Below the pieces are notes generated by a model. That model was not told the DNA's origin. It searched no databases and was given only the letters and a program-made list of their open reading frames with translations. A stretch of DNA of 63,142 nucleotides, the filler included, from Octopus bimaculoides (taxonomy: Eukaryota), in the NCBI RefSeq assembly GCF_001194135.2. It is 5 parts of 4 records of this genome, joined end to end, with 100 filler letters (N's around TTAATTAATTAA, not from the genome) between each part and the next. Parts side by side here need not be neighbours in the genome. Positions count along the whole stretch, not along the records: positions 5,976 to 19,565 come from NC_068989.1; positions 19,666 to 47,464 come from NC_068986.1; 3 more parts are not named here. One strand, given 5' to 3'. Every line of letters begins with the position of its first letter. Positions within the stretch are counted from its first letter, which is position 1. Position numbers and translations under genes: made by a program. Shown piece after piece: positions 15,951 through 28,948 of this stretch.

Positions 15951-16713
15951 TAATTTTACAGATAAATTCCTCTATTTTACATAATATTGAGGTCTCTTTC
16001 TTTCTTTTGTTGTCCTTTCTATCAATATATATATATATTGTACTGGTAATTTGTAAACGAAGGTTAAAAATTTAGATTCGTGAATTACAGAACAGATTAC
16101 TGTACCCATAATACTCTGATATCTAGCTTGTTTCAGTATATCGAAATATATTTTCACAGCTAAAGCATAAATTGAAGTATTGGAACGTATTGAATTTAAT
16201 CTGGTTTCTGAAGTTTGTTCAATATCTTGATGTGCATTCCGATTATGTACGACATATGTGAAGATACAAATATCCACGAAGCGATATACTAATAGATGTA
16301 AGTGCGTATGAGTCTCTGTATGTTTGAATGTATATGTAAGTGTGCATGAGTTTCTGTATGTTTAAATGCATATCTTCCGGCATCGGAAGATACACGAGTA
16401 TCGGCGTCATGCTGTGTAAGTTAGATTATATAAGAACAATGCATGAAGTATAGAGGTAAAAACAATATATATATAATATTCTTTTTCTTTGTTTTGAGTT
16501 CGGCTGTCTATTATATATGTATGCCTTATGAATATTGAAAGCACGTATTCAAGTATCCGAAGTATATGTTTCGTTATTCAAAGCATCAATCAAGTTTTAT
16601 TCAAATTAGGGACGGAAAGAGTAACACCTATCTAGACAAAACAAATCTAAGTTTTGGAAAAGATATATAAAGCCAATATATAGGTGTTATTAGAAATATG
16701 TAAGGAATAAATT

Positions 16714-16772
<59 letters not shown>

Positions 16773-17409
16773 CAAAATATTCAGAAGCGAATATTTATAT
16801 AGATATTAATATTTTTATAATTATCGAACGCAACACAAACAATTTATAATAACAGCAATATTAATATAGGGTTTAGGGTTAGCATTATATAGCAATAGAA
16901 TTAAAATCGTATTAATCAAAGGATATGTTAATGTGTCTACCCGCAAGAAAACCCTGATTTGGACAAACAAAAACTATTTACGCTGAAAATAACAGATTCA
17001 ACTGTATACGGGCGAGCGAACCGAAAAAATACCTATATAGCTTAAAGCTATATATTTAATTGAATAGGTATACATGTGGACGGTTTGATAGAAAGGTCTT
17101 ACCTTCTTCAGCACATCTTAACCTTTCGAAACTTCATACCAAACCACAACATTGAAATCTATTGGCGTCCTTAATTGCATAGCGCCAAATTGTGGACAGC
17201 CTCAGTGTGAAAAGTCCTAATAAGCAGCAAAATTAAGAAGTGAATATTTATATAGTTATTAATATTGTTATAGTTATCTGTACCAGCATGACAAGCAGGA
17301 ATACGGAGACTCACTCAACAACATAGACGTTAAAATCTTGTCCACACATAGAACAGACGCAACGCTTAGACAAAATACGGAAGCTACACATATAATAGAA
17401 GATGAACCT

Positions 17410-17640
17410 GGCGGGGAGTTGGCAGAAACGATTGCACACCAGGCGAAATGTTGAGCGGTATTTCATCTGCCGTTACGTTCTGAGTTCAAATTCCGCCGAG
17501 GTCGACTTTGTCTTTCATCATTTCGGGGTCGATAAATAAAGTACCAGTTACGCACTGGGATCGATGTAATCGACTTAATCCCTTTGTCTGTCCTTGTTTG
17601 TCACCTCTATGTTTAGCTCATTGTGGGCAATAAAGAAATA
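17410..17640 (+). mobile_element. tRNA-derived SINE, family A (CpGs intact); partial second copy at 19394-19449
   Basis: Head ggcggggagttggcagaaacg..., B-box-like gagttcaaattcc, body gccgaggtcgactttg..ttcatc.tttcggggtcgataaa; same family as the array at 21.4-22.4 kb. Confidence 0.85.
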
Positions 17641-18943
17641 AGAAGATATACCTCGCCTGAATAGAAAGCTAGAATGGACCACTAGCACACCCCAACACAC
17701 CACAACCTATGACAGAATAAGATCCCCATAAACTGATAATAATATGAATATAATACAATACAGGGATAAATAAATGGAATTAAATAACTATATACATAAA
17801 CAAAATAAATTAGATTAAATTAATACAAAAAAAAAAATGAAAGAAAAGGAATACAATTAATATAAAATAAAGCTGAAGCAAGTGAACACCAGATATATAG
17901 TGCGTGTGTTTTCATTGGATAAACTGGCAACATGACCATCCCCGAATACACCAAATGCTGTTTCAAGACTCGAATTCACATCAAGAATCTTGCAAAACGA
18001 ATATATAAGNNNNNNNNNNNNNNNNNNNNNNNNNNNNNNNNNNNNNNNNNNNNNNNNNNNNNNNNNNNNNNNNNNNNNNNNNNNNNNNNNNNNNNNNNNN
18101 NNNNNNNNNNNNNNNNNNNNNNNNNNNNNNNNNNNNNNNNNNNNNNNNNNNNNNNNNNNNNNNNNNNNNNNNNNNNNNNNNNNNNNNNNNNNNNNNNNNN
18201 NNNNNNNNNNNNNNNNNNNNNNNNNNNNNNNNNNNNNNNNNNNNNNNNNNNNNNNNNNNNNNNNNNNNNNNNNNNNNNNNNNNNNNNNNNNNNNNNNNNN
18301 NNNNNNNNNNNNNNNNNNNNNNNNNNNNNNNNNNNNNNNNNNNNNNNNNNNNNNNNNNNNNNNNNNNNNNNNNNNNNNNNNNNNNNNNNNNNNNNNNNNN
18401 NNNNNNNNNNNNNNNNNNNNNNNNNNNNNNNNNNNNNNNNNNNNNNNNNNNNNNNNNNNNNNNNNNNNNNNNNNNNNNNNNNNNNNNNNNNNNNNNNNNN
18501 NNNNNNNNNNNNNNNNNNNNNNNNNNNNNNNNNNNNNNNNNNNNNNNNNNNNNNNNNNNNNNNNNNNNNNNNNNNNNNNNNNNNNNNNNNNNNNNNNNNN
18601 NNNNNNNNNNNNNNNNNNNNNNNNNNNNNNNNNNNNNNNNNNNNNNNNNNNNNNNNNNNNNNNNNNNNNNNNNNNNNNNNNNNNNNNNNNNNNNNNNNNN
18701 NNNNNNNNNNNNNNNNNNNNNNNNNNNNNNNNNNNNNNNNNNNNNNNNNNNNNNNNNNNTATATATATATATATATATGTATGTATATATGCATTCATAC
18801 ATATGATTGTATTAGAAGTTACAAAGCCAACATTAATTATATTATAATCAGTTTGGAAGGACTTATAGTCGTATCTTGTTTTTTTCATTTACATTCTGTT
18901 TGACTGTCTAGGGCCATTTAAATAAAAGACATTTGAATTACAC

Positions 18944-19030
18944 TTTTGCATTATACATTTGCATTATACATTTGCATAATAGATTTGCATTATAGATTTG
19001 CATTATACATTTGTATTATTCGTTTGCATT
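18944..19030 (+). repeat. 13-bp tandem repeat (TTTGCATTATACA, about 7 copies) containing octamer ATTTGCAT
   Basis: ATTTGCAT at 18957, 18970, 18983 and 18996; variants at 19009 and 19022. Confidence 0.9.
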
Positions 19031-19665
19031 ACGCTGCGTGGAAAATATCTGAGTTGGCCGAGTGACAATAAATAACATTTTAAATCTTATTTTCCATCTC
19101 GGTCATGCCTTTTCGTTATCACGGTATCATTTTACTTATCATAATTTGCATTGTTGTCGTTGTTTATAGAATTGTAAAGATATTTCTAAGGTTGATGTAG
19201 AAATTGGTTTCCTCTGATTTTATATGTTTCTGAAAAGAGTTAATAATCCAACGGTTTTTCTATGTTTGCAATATTACCATTATGAATGATGAAATTATGT
19301 ATTTTAATTCCCGTCACCAACTGATCCTGAAAAGTGCCCTACTCTCTTGAGGCGAATGAGAGCATATAACTTCTAGGCATTCTTATTTCAGTCACGTTCT
19401 GAGTTCAAATTCCGCCGAGGTCGACTTTGCCCTTCATCTTTTCGGGGTCCGGGTAGGCTGGTAGCGATGTTTTCTTATTCTCTCAGTGCGTTTTAATTAA
19501 TAAGATGTCAAATGATCATCAGAGAAAAGATACAGTACAGACCGGGGAATATATATATATATATANNNNNNNNNNNNNNNNNNNNNNNNNNNNNNNNNNN
19601 NNNNNNNNNTTAATTAATTAANNNNNNNNNNNNNNNNNNNNNNNNNNNNNNNNNNNNNNNNNNNN

Positions 19666-19970
19666 AAATCTTTCCTTATCTGCTTCCCCTCTGGCTAAAT
19701 AAACCTGTCGCCTAGCCTCCCTTCTGGCACATTGGTACAATTCCCTGCTACCACCGTTCTTCCAGTCCTTCCAAGCCTGTTTCTTTTGTCTAATAGCCCT
19801 GTCTACCTCCTTGTTCCACCACCACGTTACTCTGGGTTGGGAGGGGACCTTACACCACCCACAAATCTGGTCGGTGGCTTTCAACAGGTTGTCCCGCAGA
19901 AATCTCCAATTGTCTTCCACGTTGTATGATGCTATATCCCCTTCTATTTCGTTAAATGCTTCAATGCTTC
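19666..19970 (-). mobile_element. RTE-clade LINE ORF2 fragment (between endonuclease and RT)
   Basis: EAFNEIEGDIASYNVEDNWRFLRDNLLKATDQICGWCKVPSQPRVTWWWNKEVDRAIRQKKQAWKDWKNGGSRELYQCARREARRQVYLARGEADKERF; WWN.EV..AI..K motif; nearly identical to the copy at 47124. Confidence 0.85.
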
Positions 19971-20154
19971 AATGTAACCTGAATTTCTAACAGTGCTTGG
20001 CAGTAGGACTCAGTCTAAAGGCATTGTTGAGGAAGAACTAAACATTTCTTTAGAATCTACAAATGCCAAGTTTTCTACGGATGTATTCAGATTTTCTGTA
20101 CAATAAAAGTAGTTCACAAAAGGGCCAGGAAACACAAACTCTTTGTGCATCGCT

Positions 20155-20480
20155 ATCATCACCATTGTTTAATATCTGTATTCCAGGCTGGATTGGTTTA
20201 GACATGTCTGAAGGCTGCATTGAGCCCCACTGATTTGGCATGTTTTCTCTAACTGGATACCGTTCCTAACATCAGTCACTTTACAGAGTGTTCTGAGTAC
20301 ATTTTTGTGGCACCAATACTAATGAGGTCGCCAAGTAACTCACAAGATAAGAAATCTTGACAGAGTGGAGTGTACGCCAGGCATTGAGAGATTAAAGTAT
20401 ACTAAAGGATCAGGAACAAGCGATTTGCTGTAGAGGAAATATATGGTTCCTCTAGCAGAAATGAGAGAAAGGATTGTGAT
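20155..20480 (-). mobile_element. Decayed LINE 3'-tail repeat; related copy on + strand at about 40540-40880
   Basis: Reverse complement aligns by eye with 40540-40880 and ends in a (GAT)n-like tail. Confidence 0.5.
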
Positions 20481-20807
20481 GCAAATCTGAAATGTAAGAT
20501 CTGATGATGGAGGCTCAATTTATCCAATATTTATTTGCTTCCATTATTGGTGGCATATTTTGGTGAACTACATATATCAACATAATGATGGATCACTGAG
20601 CCCCCAGAAACAGCTGTTGGATTTATAACAAAACTAAGTGACACAAAACCATTTGTCTTTGGTTTTATTAATTGTACCAGGCACCACCCTAGTGTGTGGC
20701 AAATAGTAAATAATAGTAATAATAATACGCAGTGCTCCAGCATGGCTGCAGCCAAATGACCGAAGCAAGTAAAATTAAGTATTTTCCATTTTGGTGCAAC
20801 TCCCTCT

Positions 20808-21355
20808 CCTTGATGCAGTACCAGGCAGTGGCTCTCATGGCTTCTGATCTTAACTGATTGGAAGTGTTATCATGTACATTGTTTTGTCTTGGTATAAAAG
20901 ATGGATTACAGCAAATATTCTGTTCAATACCACAGATTTGCTTGTCAGTTCTTTGACCTTAAACAGTTGAGCATGTCCCTTAGTTGCTGACGATATGTGC
21001 ATCTCTGATCATGAGCAGAAGTAGTTGAGGAGCATCATAGCCATGTGTTGAGAGGAATTCTTTGGGGTTTGGATAATTCATCTCTGGAAACATGGATGTT
21101 TCGTTCAGCATCCTTAAACAACTCTTATTCAGGGACCTTTTGGGCTACTCAATCTAAAGAAAATTCTAACTGGGCCCCACCTGCAAGGTCATGGCGCGGT
21201 TTATCTTGATATGAGATCACCATGTCGTGCACACATGGTTGTGATGCATGTGCCTGGTGTGCCCTTATCAGACAGGTAGTCATGATGGGTATACTGGGCT
21301 TCATACATTTGTACTCTAGTGTCACTTTGATGGAATATGCTGCTCTCTTACTCAA
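20808..21355 (-). mobile_element. About 550-bp interspersed repeat (family X), unclassified non-autonomous element
   Basis: Reverse complement of 46534-47086 (shared text such as aagagagcagcatat..atgcatcacaacc..aaagaattcctctcaacacatggctatgatgctcc); both copies are bounded by trinucleotide tracts. Confidence 0.8.
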
Positions 21356-21361
21356 TAATAA

Positions 21362-22390
21362 TAATGGTTTCAAATTTTAGCATAAGGCCAGCAACTTTGG
21401 GGGAGGGGTTAAGTCAATTACATTGACCCCACTGATCAACTGGTACTTATTTGATCAACTCCAAAAGGATGAAAGGCAAGTTGACCTTGGTGAAATTTGA
21501 ACTCAGAACATAAAGACAGATGAAGTATCACAAAGCCTAGTGTGCTAACAATTCTGCCAGCTCATCGCTTTATGATTAATAATAATAATAATAATCCTTT
21601 CTACTATAGGCACAAGGCCTGAAATTTGGGGGAGTGGGATAGTCAATTAGACTGATTTCCAGTACTCAACTGTTACTTAATTTATTGACCCTGAAAGGAT
21701 GAAAGGCAAATTTGACCTCAGCAGAATTTGAACTCAGAACATAGTGACAGACGAAATACCACTAAGCATTTCGCCCGGCATGCTAACGATTCTGCCAGCT
21801 CGCCACCTTATGATTAATAATAATAAAAATCATGGTTTCAAATTTTGGCACAATGCCAGCAATTTCAGAGGAGGGGCTAAGCTGATTGCATTGACCCCAG
21901 TACTTAACTGGTATTTATTTTGTCGACCCCAAAAGGATGAATGGCAAAGTCAATCTTGGCTGAATTTGAACTCAGAGCATAAATACAGACAAAATGCCAC
22001 TAAGCATTTTGTCCAATGTGCTAACGATTCTCACAGCTTACCCCCTTAACAACAACGATGATAATGATAATAATAATCCTTTCTAATATAGGCACAAGGC
22101 CTGAAATTTTGGGGGAAGGGTTAAGTTGATTACATTGACCCCTGTACTCAACTGGTACTTAATTTATTGACCCCGAAAGGATGAAAGGCATAGTCAACCT
22201 CGGCAGAATTTGAACCCAGAACGTAGCAACAGGTGAAATATTGCGAAGCATTTTGTCCAGCGTGCTAACGATTCTGCCAGCTTACTGTCTTATGATTAAT
22301 AATAACAATAATAATTGTTTAATTTAGGCACAAGGGCAGAAATTCAGGAAAAGGGGTTGGTCAATACCATCATCTCCAGTATTTAATTTG
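21362..22390 (-). mobile_element. Head-to-tail array of family A SINEs: 21362-21570, 21596-21810, 21831-22048, 22077-22292, partial 22315-22390
   Basis: Each unit carries gaaaggatgaaaggc...gaatttgaactcagaac...tgctaac.attctgccagct; units are separated by (TAA)n tracts. Confidence 0.9.
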
Positions 22391-23920
22391 CTGTGTTCCA
22401 TCTCCAAATGCAGGAACTGACATCTTGTCAGGTGGTGAAGTATCTCTGCAGGTGTTTCAGCCATTTCTTCTGCAATAGTAAAGCTGTCTGGGGTCACCCA
22501 CTGACATAAATACCAAAACTCCTCAATACAGTACAAGCTTGGTTGAGTGAGATGCTGCAACTCTGCGTCAGATGTTTCTATCATCCTCACGGCTCATTTT
22601 TGTTGCAGCACTCATCTTCCCAGTTGAGCCATAACAGATTTTATTGAAGTGAAGTTTATTTAAATATTGTTAATTTTAGGTGCAACCATAGAGGAATTGA
22701 ACCAATAGTTGAGTTAATGGTGGTATATTCAATGCAAGAAACAGTCCATCACACACAAACAAAAAAAAAAGGGTGGAGGATCCCTCCACAACAATTTGAC
22801 AAAAATTATTCTGTGAGAAATAAATTATGTTAATTTAATGATTAATATTTTTTCTCTTCATGGTATAATTTTGTTTTTTTACTGTAAACTGAAAACAATT
22901 GTTAAAATAAGGACCTATCATAGGGGTTAATGTATTTTTTTTTTTTTTTTTTCATAATGCCACATAAAAAGCACCCAGAACACTTTGTAAAATGGCTGGT
23001 ATTACGAATGGTATCCACCCATAGAAACCATACCAAAACAGACAATGGAACCTGGTGCATCTCCATGGTTTGGACAGTCAAATGGTGATGATGATGATGA
23101 TGATGATGATGACAATAATCATGATGAGGAGGATGTTGGTAGTGATGACAATGTTGCCAACATTGTTTTTATTGTTGTTGTCTTTGTCATTTTCATCATT
23201 GTGTCACCATTGTCATCATCATCACCACCACCACTATCACCATCACCAACGTCATCATCATCATCATCATCATCATTAATATTAGTCTTACATCCTGTTT
23301 TTCATGCCGGCATGGGTTTGCTAACTCTGCAGCACAATATTAGTTCACACAGCTTAATCCGGTATTAACTGATCAGAAATGGTTTCTTTCTTTCTTTCTC
23401 TTTTTATCATATCACATCGTAATCCCTTGACTCTATATCTGCATCTTTCTGCAGACTTGCGTTAAAATATTTTCACATATCTCTAAGTATTCTGATCTTG
23501 TTTCAATTCCTCCATTAGATTCAATGCTAATACATTGATCTGAACTTTCCTTCTAATCTTCTTTGGTTTACTGATACAATAAGATCCTTCTCAAACTAAC
23601 CTATGACACATTTTTCACACAACTTGTGTCATTCATTCATATTACAAATCCAAACCAACATGGCCATCGCTCCTATGTACAGACACCCAATGTCTACATA
23701 ATACTTGCTCATGTAAATGTTAGCCAGTTGCTTGCTTGGTTTCTCTGGTCACACTTTATGTTGTATAAAGAGAGAGGGGGAGAGAGAAGTAAAGAGAGAT
23801 ATAGAGGGAGTTAACATAAGAGGTGCAGGATGAATGCACGTGGCAAGAAATGACTAAATAAAAAAAAAAAGTGAGAAAGAAAGAATCATAGATTGAAAAG
23901 AAGGAGGAATATATGCGTAT

Positions 23921-24287
23921 GTCATCATCATTTAACGTCCGCTTTCCATACTGGCATAGGTTGGACGGTTTGACTGACTCAATCTGATCTGGCAGAGTTT
24001 CTACAGCTGGATGCCCTTCCTAATGCCAACCACTCCGAGAGTGTAGTGGGTGCTTTTACGAGCCACTGGCACGAGGGCCAGTCAGGCGGTTCTGGCAACA
24101 ACCACACTCAAGGGATGTTTTTTACATGTGACCTGCATGGGAGCCAGTCCAGTAGCACTGGCAACGATCATGCTCAGATGTGCTTTTAATGTTCCACTGG
24201 CACAAGTGCCAATCAGGCGGTACTGTCATTGGCCACGTCAGCGATTTTGATTTGATTTCGCTTGCCTCAATAGGTCTTCGCAAGCAA
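23921..24287 (-). mobile_element. RTE-type 3'-tail retroposon (family B)
   Basis: Reverse complement of ...cactacactctcggagtggttggcattaggaagggcatccagctgtagaaac...ggaaagcggacgttaaatgatgatg; many copies in the window. Confidence 0.85.
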
Positions 24288-26843
24288 ATATACATATATA
24301 TACTTATATATATATGAAGGCACATGGCCTAGTGGTTCAGGTTTTGCACTCACAATTGCTAGATCGTTGGTTCAGTTTCTGTGTCCTTATATTTTCTAAC
24401 AATGGAATCTAGCACCCCACATGTTCTGCAAATTCTTCTGGTCCATCATGGAATTTACAGTCACATCCAGCCATGCCAGTTTTGTTGAATTTACGGTCCT
24501 CATAGTGATGACAGTTTACATAAATATATGCCGAACCATTGTTGTGCACTAATTGCTGATCTCAGCTGAGATGATTACCGTTAGTGCAACCTAATTGCCT
24601 GATAAAAAACCATTGTCATAGGGTTAAAACTTGTAATTCAAAACAAAAATCCAGTATATGCATTTGAAGCAATATTTAATCAAAATAGTCATCTATGTAT
24701 CATACTAAACATATACACACTCACAATGGGAGAGTCATGGCAGTATTTGTCCTGAGATAATATTTCCTATGTCCTTATTGTATTGAAAACACAATAACTA
24801 TCAAAGAAAGATAAAAATCGTCCAAGAAGAAACTAGCAAGAGTGCCAGATGCATTTTGGTTATTTTGAGCATTTTAGTGATGCATACTTGCAGTAAGCCA
24901 CATGCTGAGGCATGAATCTATTGTCTTTGATATAGGGAAAATGAATAAAAGATTTGCTGATGTTACAAATAGTCACCTGGTTGAATAAAAATCCAGTATA
25001 TGCAATTGAAACAGTACTTAATTAAAATAGTCATCTACATATCATACTTAATGTATAAATGCTGTTAATAGGCCAGTCACAGCAGTACTTTAGCCGTAAT
25101 AGTGTCGACTGTCACCTGAGCCCATTGACTGTTGACAGGAAATTTGTTCTCTTGTTATTTCCTAACAATCAATAATATGTCAATATTTCCCTGGATTTGT
25201 TTGACATTATCTTTCAGAAACAAATGATATAACATTAACATAGTATACTTGCCATGTCACTTATTACTATTACTGAATGTGTGGAAAGCTAATAAAGATT
25301 ATCAGATTTTTTAAAAAATATCTAAGCTTTCTGTCTCAAAGGGTTTGGGCATATATTTTATCATTTAAAGCTTAATGTTTTTTTTTAGTTTTATTTAGGA
25401 GCTTTCAGAGAATCAGATTTTGGTGATTAATATTTCTTTTTTTATTTTTAACATAACAGATGTAGAATATCAAATTTGTAAAACTAGATAAAATTTGTGT
25501 AGATGTGTGTGTGTGTGGGAGGTATAATCATCATCATCATCATCATCATCATCATTTAATGTCCATTTTCCATGCTAGTATGAATTGGCTGGTTAGACAG
25601 GAACTGGCATGGCTAGGAGCTGCACCCGTCTGTTTTGGAATGATCAGAAAGAATGGTTTGATAGTGAGTTAGAAACTGTACTTGTCCAACTTTGGGAATG
25701 CCATCATCCATTTACTATTTTCCCCCCTCACTATTCTTAGCTGGGTACTTCTCTTGCAGTTGCCTGACTATGAAAATCATGTCAGAAGGGCTTCTCCCCA
25801 GACAAAGTCAAACTGCATTTTGTTTAATTCTGCACCTAATTAAATTGGGCTATAACTGTCTCTGTAATTTTAATCACCTGGTTCAGCAGTTTGAAGCCTC
25901 TATAATTGCTTCTATCTAAAGAATCTCTCTTACCCTTGTAGCAGCTAACAATTATGCTGCTACACCAGTCACTAGGTATTATGCCTTCCTAAATGACCTG
26001 ATTAACTATGTCGGTGACGAGCCCGTATCCTACTATGCTGATATATATTATTCATTTACAACTATAGTATTGACAGTGACTTCAAAATTTTGGCTTGTTA
26101 GCCTTCATTGGACTGTGATACAATGAGTCCATCTTGGCTTTATATAGTCACTCAGTTTCATTTTTCTGGAATAAGTGGAGCTCTATTGGATGGCAGTTAG
26201 GTTATAGGGTAGGTTCTAATGAAAAGATATTATAGGAAGTTTTTATTGAATAAAGTTAGAGTTGTATTATTGCTCAGAGTCCAGTCATATGTATGAAAAT
26301 TTGTAATCAAATATGTTTATTCAGGTGGGTCAGCTTCAGGTCTTAGGTAGTTTTTTAGGGTCAACAAAAGAATACATAAGTAAGTAAAATGGCCAGTTGG
26401 TTAACAGATGTGTGACTAGGTTTAGTTGTTATTGATGTTATTTGAAAAGTAATGGGAGATTCAACCTGTTTTAGGAAAGTGGAGGATATTGATCAGAGTT
26501 CAGTTCAGTATGTAAAATTTTGTAATTAGGTGTGTATATTTGAGTGTCAGTTTTAGTTCTTGGAGAATTTAGCATAGAAATGTGGTTATTTTGTGTTTTA
26601 AGACAAAAGAATGTAATGCTCTCAAAGAATTTCTTTCAATTTTTTAATAGAAATTTACACTTGTGATATTTCTTTACCTTTTCAATATATATATATAGGG
26701 CTTGCCAGCTCTTGTCAAACCATCCAACCCATGCCAACATGGAAAGTGGACATTATATAATGATGATGATGACGATATATATATACACACATACATACAT
26801 ACACACATACATACATACACACATACATATATGTATGTGTGTA

Positions 26844-26883
<40 letters not shown>

Positions 26884-27318
26884 TTCATATCTACATATAC
26901 AAATAATAAATACATATGTATATGTGTATATGTATATAGTGTGCATATACAAGTATGTATGCATACATTAATTCTGTTTCACCAGACTTGAAAATTCCCT
27001 TTGTGTTCTCCCCTGCCAGCTAGTGTGTCACCATGGAGAGTGACCAGCTAAATTCCCTGCACATTTGCTTAAGGACTTCCCAACCTTGTCATTGAAGAAC
27101 CCATTTTTTTCAATGACAGGAGACCTAGATTTGAACTCAGAACACACAGACTCTTAACGATAACACATTGAAAACAGAAAAGGAATACATTTACATTGTT
27201 ACATTTTTCTCACAGCTAGGCTTTCTAATATTCAAATATATACACACATATGTACATATGTATAACCACATATCTAAATATGTGTGTGTATGAATGTATG
27301 CATGTGTGTATATATATG

Positions 27319-27360
<42 letters not shown>

Positions 27361-27557
27361 CACACACAAGTAAGCACATAAATGTAAAACAAGGTGGAAA
27401 AAGTAGTATCATTGCAACTGTTCGACAAATGGTCACGTGAAACTCTGAGTAACAGTTTGTGAAAATTTTCTTTGGCATTACTAATTAATGTGTGTGTGTG
27501 TGTGTTTATGTGTTTATGTGTATTATATATAAATATATATAAGTAGATATATGAGCA

Positions 27558-27603
<46 letters not shown>

Positions 27604-27952
27604 TACATATATACGCACATACATGTATATACATATATGTGTGTACATGTATATATATACATGTGTGTGTTTGTGCTTATGTATATCCAGTTTAAGACAA
27701 TGCCCATAAAATAGGGGAAGCCCATTCTTAGAAATAAGATATAAGATGATCATATGATGAGGATGCTGTCGATGGCGAGACAGTAGTTCCACAATGCCAA
27801 CCAAGATATGTCACATAGCCAGAGCTGAAGCAGCAGCATTTTAATTTAATCAATAGCCAGGTTATTTTCTGGCAATAGCACAACACAAACTGCATTTTAT
27901 TAGCGCTGGCCAAACATTTACAGTTTTACATAGAATCTTCTCTCTCTCTCCC

Positions 27953-28016
<64 letters not shown>

Positions 28017-28727
28017 ACTCTCTCCTACACTCTCTGCTTCCACCTCTCCCTCACTTTCCCCATCGCTCTTTCTCTCTCCCTCTCTCTTCTTTATTTGGTT
28101 CAAATATCCTTTGTTTTCATAGAAAATGGAGATGAGGAATATGTGAGGTTCATGCCATTACCAGGTAGAATTTGTATAAGTGATATACTATTGCAAAGAA
28201 TATTCTTTCACAAAGAATAAAAGCCTTAACCTTCTTCTAAGCAAAAATGATGACAACTTGTAGTCTTCATGCCTTGCTTTACTAGTATTTATTATAACCA
28301 AAAGTAAAGTTTTTCTATGATTTTATTTCATTTTGATTAAATAAGCACAAATGCCCTTCATAATTGCTTAAATGAAAGGAAAAATAGGAAGTTGTGACAT
28401 TCATGCCTTTCTGTTTTTATACAATCTTTTCTGCGTGTTTGGTTTTGGTTATTGCTTGCTTGAACGGATACAAACATTACCTGTATTCTTGAGATTGAAG
28501 ATGTTACACTTGTGGTGTTCATGCCTTTCTCAACAACATTTTTTGGAGTAAATGAAGAGTTTGATATACAATGTTGTTCATGGCCTCTTTGTGTAAAAAA
28601 TCCTCAAAGAAGATGAATATAAGAACTTGTGACATTTATGTCACTTCCATTGACTATTTTATCTTGTGATATTATGGAAAGCATTTTGCATGTTTTTCCT
28701 TTGTTTCATTGAAAATTTTGCATTTAA

Positions 28728-28948
28728 CCCTTTTGATACCAACCTGGCTGCAACAGCCTCTGGCTCTGAGTACAACTGTCTTGTTTTCATAAGTTCTGAA
28801 TTAAAATCTTCCACCAAATCTTAGTCACAAGTTATGTTCCTAACACAAGCTTAATGATAACTAAATTATTTTACTAAATTCTTTGTTCTATTTAAAATCA
28901 ATTGAAAGAAACACAGAGCATCTCAAAATAAATATAGTAACGAAAGGG
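28728..28948. mobile_element. piggyBac-type MITE, 221 bp; 5'-matching partial copy at about 36750-36930
   Basis: TTAA|CCCTTTTGATAC ... GTAACGAAAGGG|TTAA: TTAA target site with CCC...GGG termini. Confidence 0.8.

Noticed and set aside
16866-16881. TAGGGTTTAGGGTTAG telomere-like seed
   Set aside because: Only about 2.5 imperfect units, too short to call an interstitial telomere.
22324-22620. 88-aa minus-strand ORF in non-microsatellite sequence
   Set aside because: No domain recognised and no good splice boundaries; may be a transposase remnant but cannot be supported.
27754-27829. ATGATGA ... CTGA about 75 nt apart, resembling a C/D box snoRNA
   Set aside because: No terminal stem and no recognisable rRNA antisense element; ATGATGA is ubiquitous in this (GAT)n-rich DNA.
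28123-28650. CRISPR-like repeat-spacer interpretation of the periodic motif
   Set aside because: Eukaryotic context, highly degenerate repeats, irregular 59/118/134 spacing and no cas genes.
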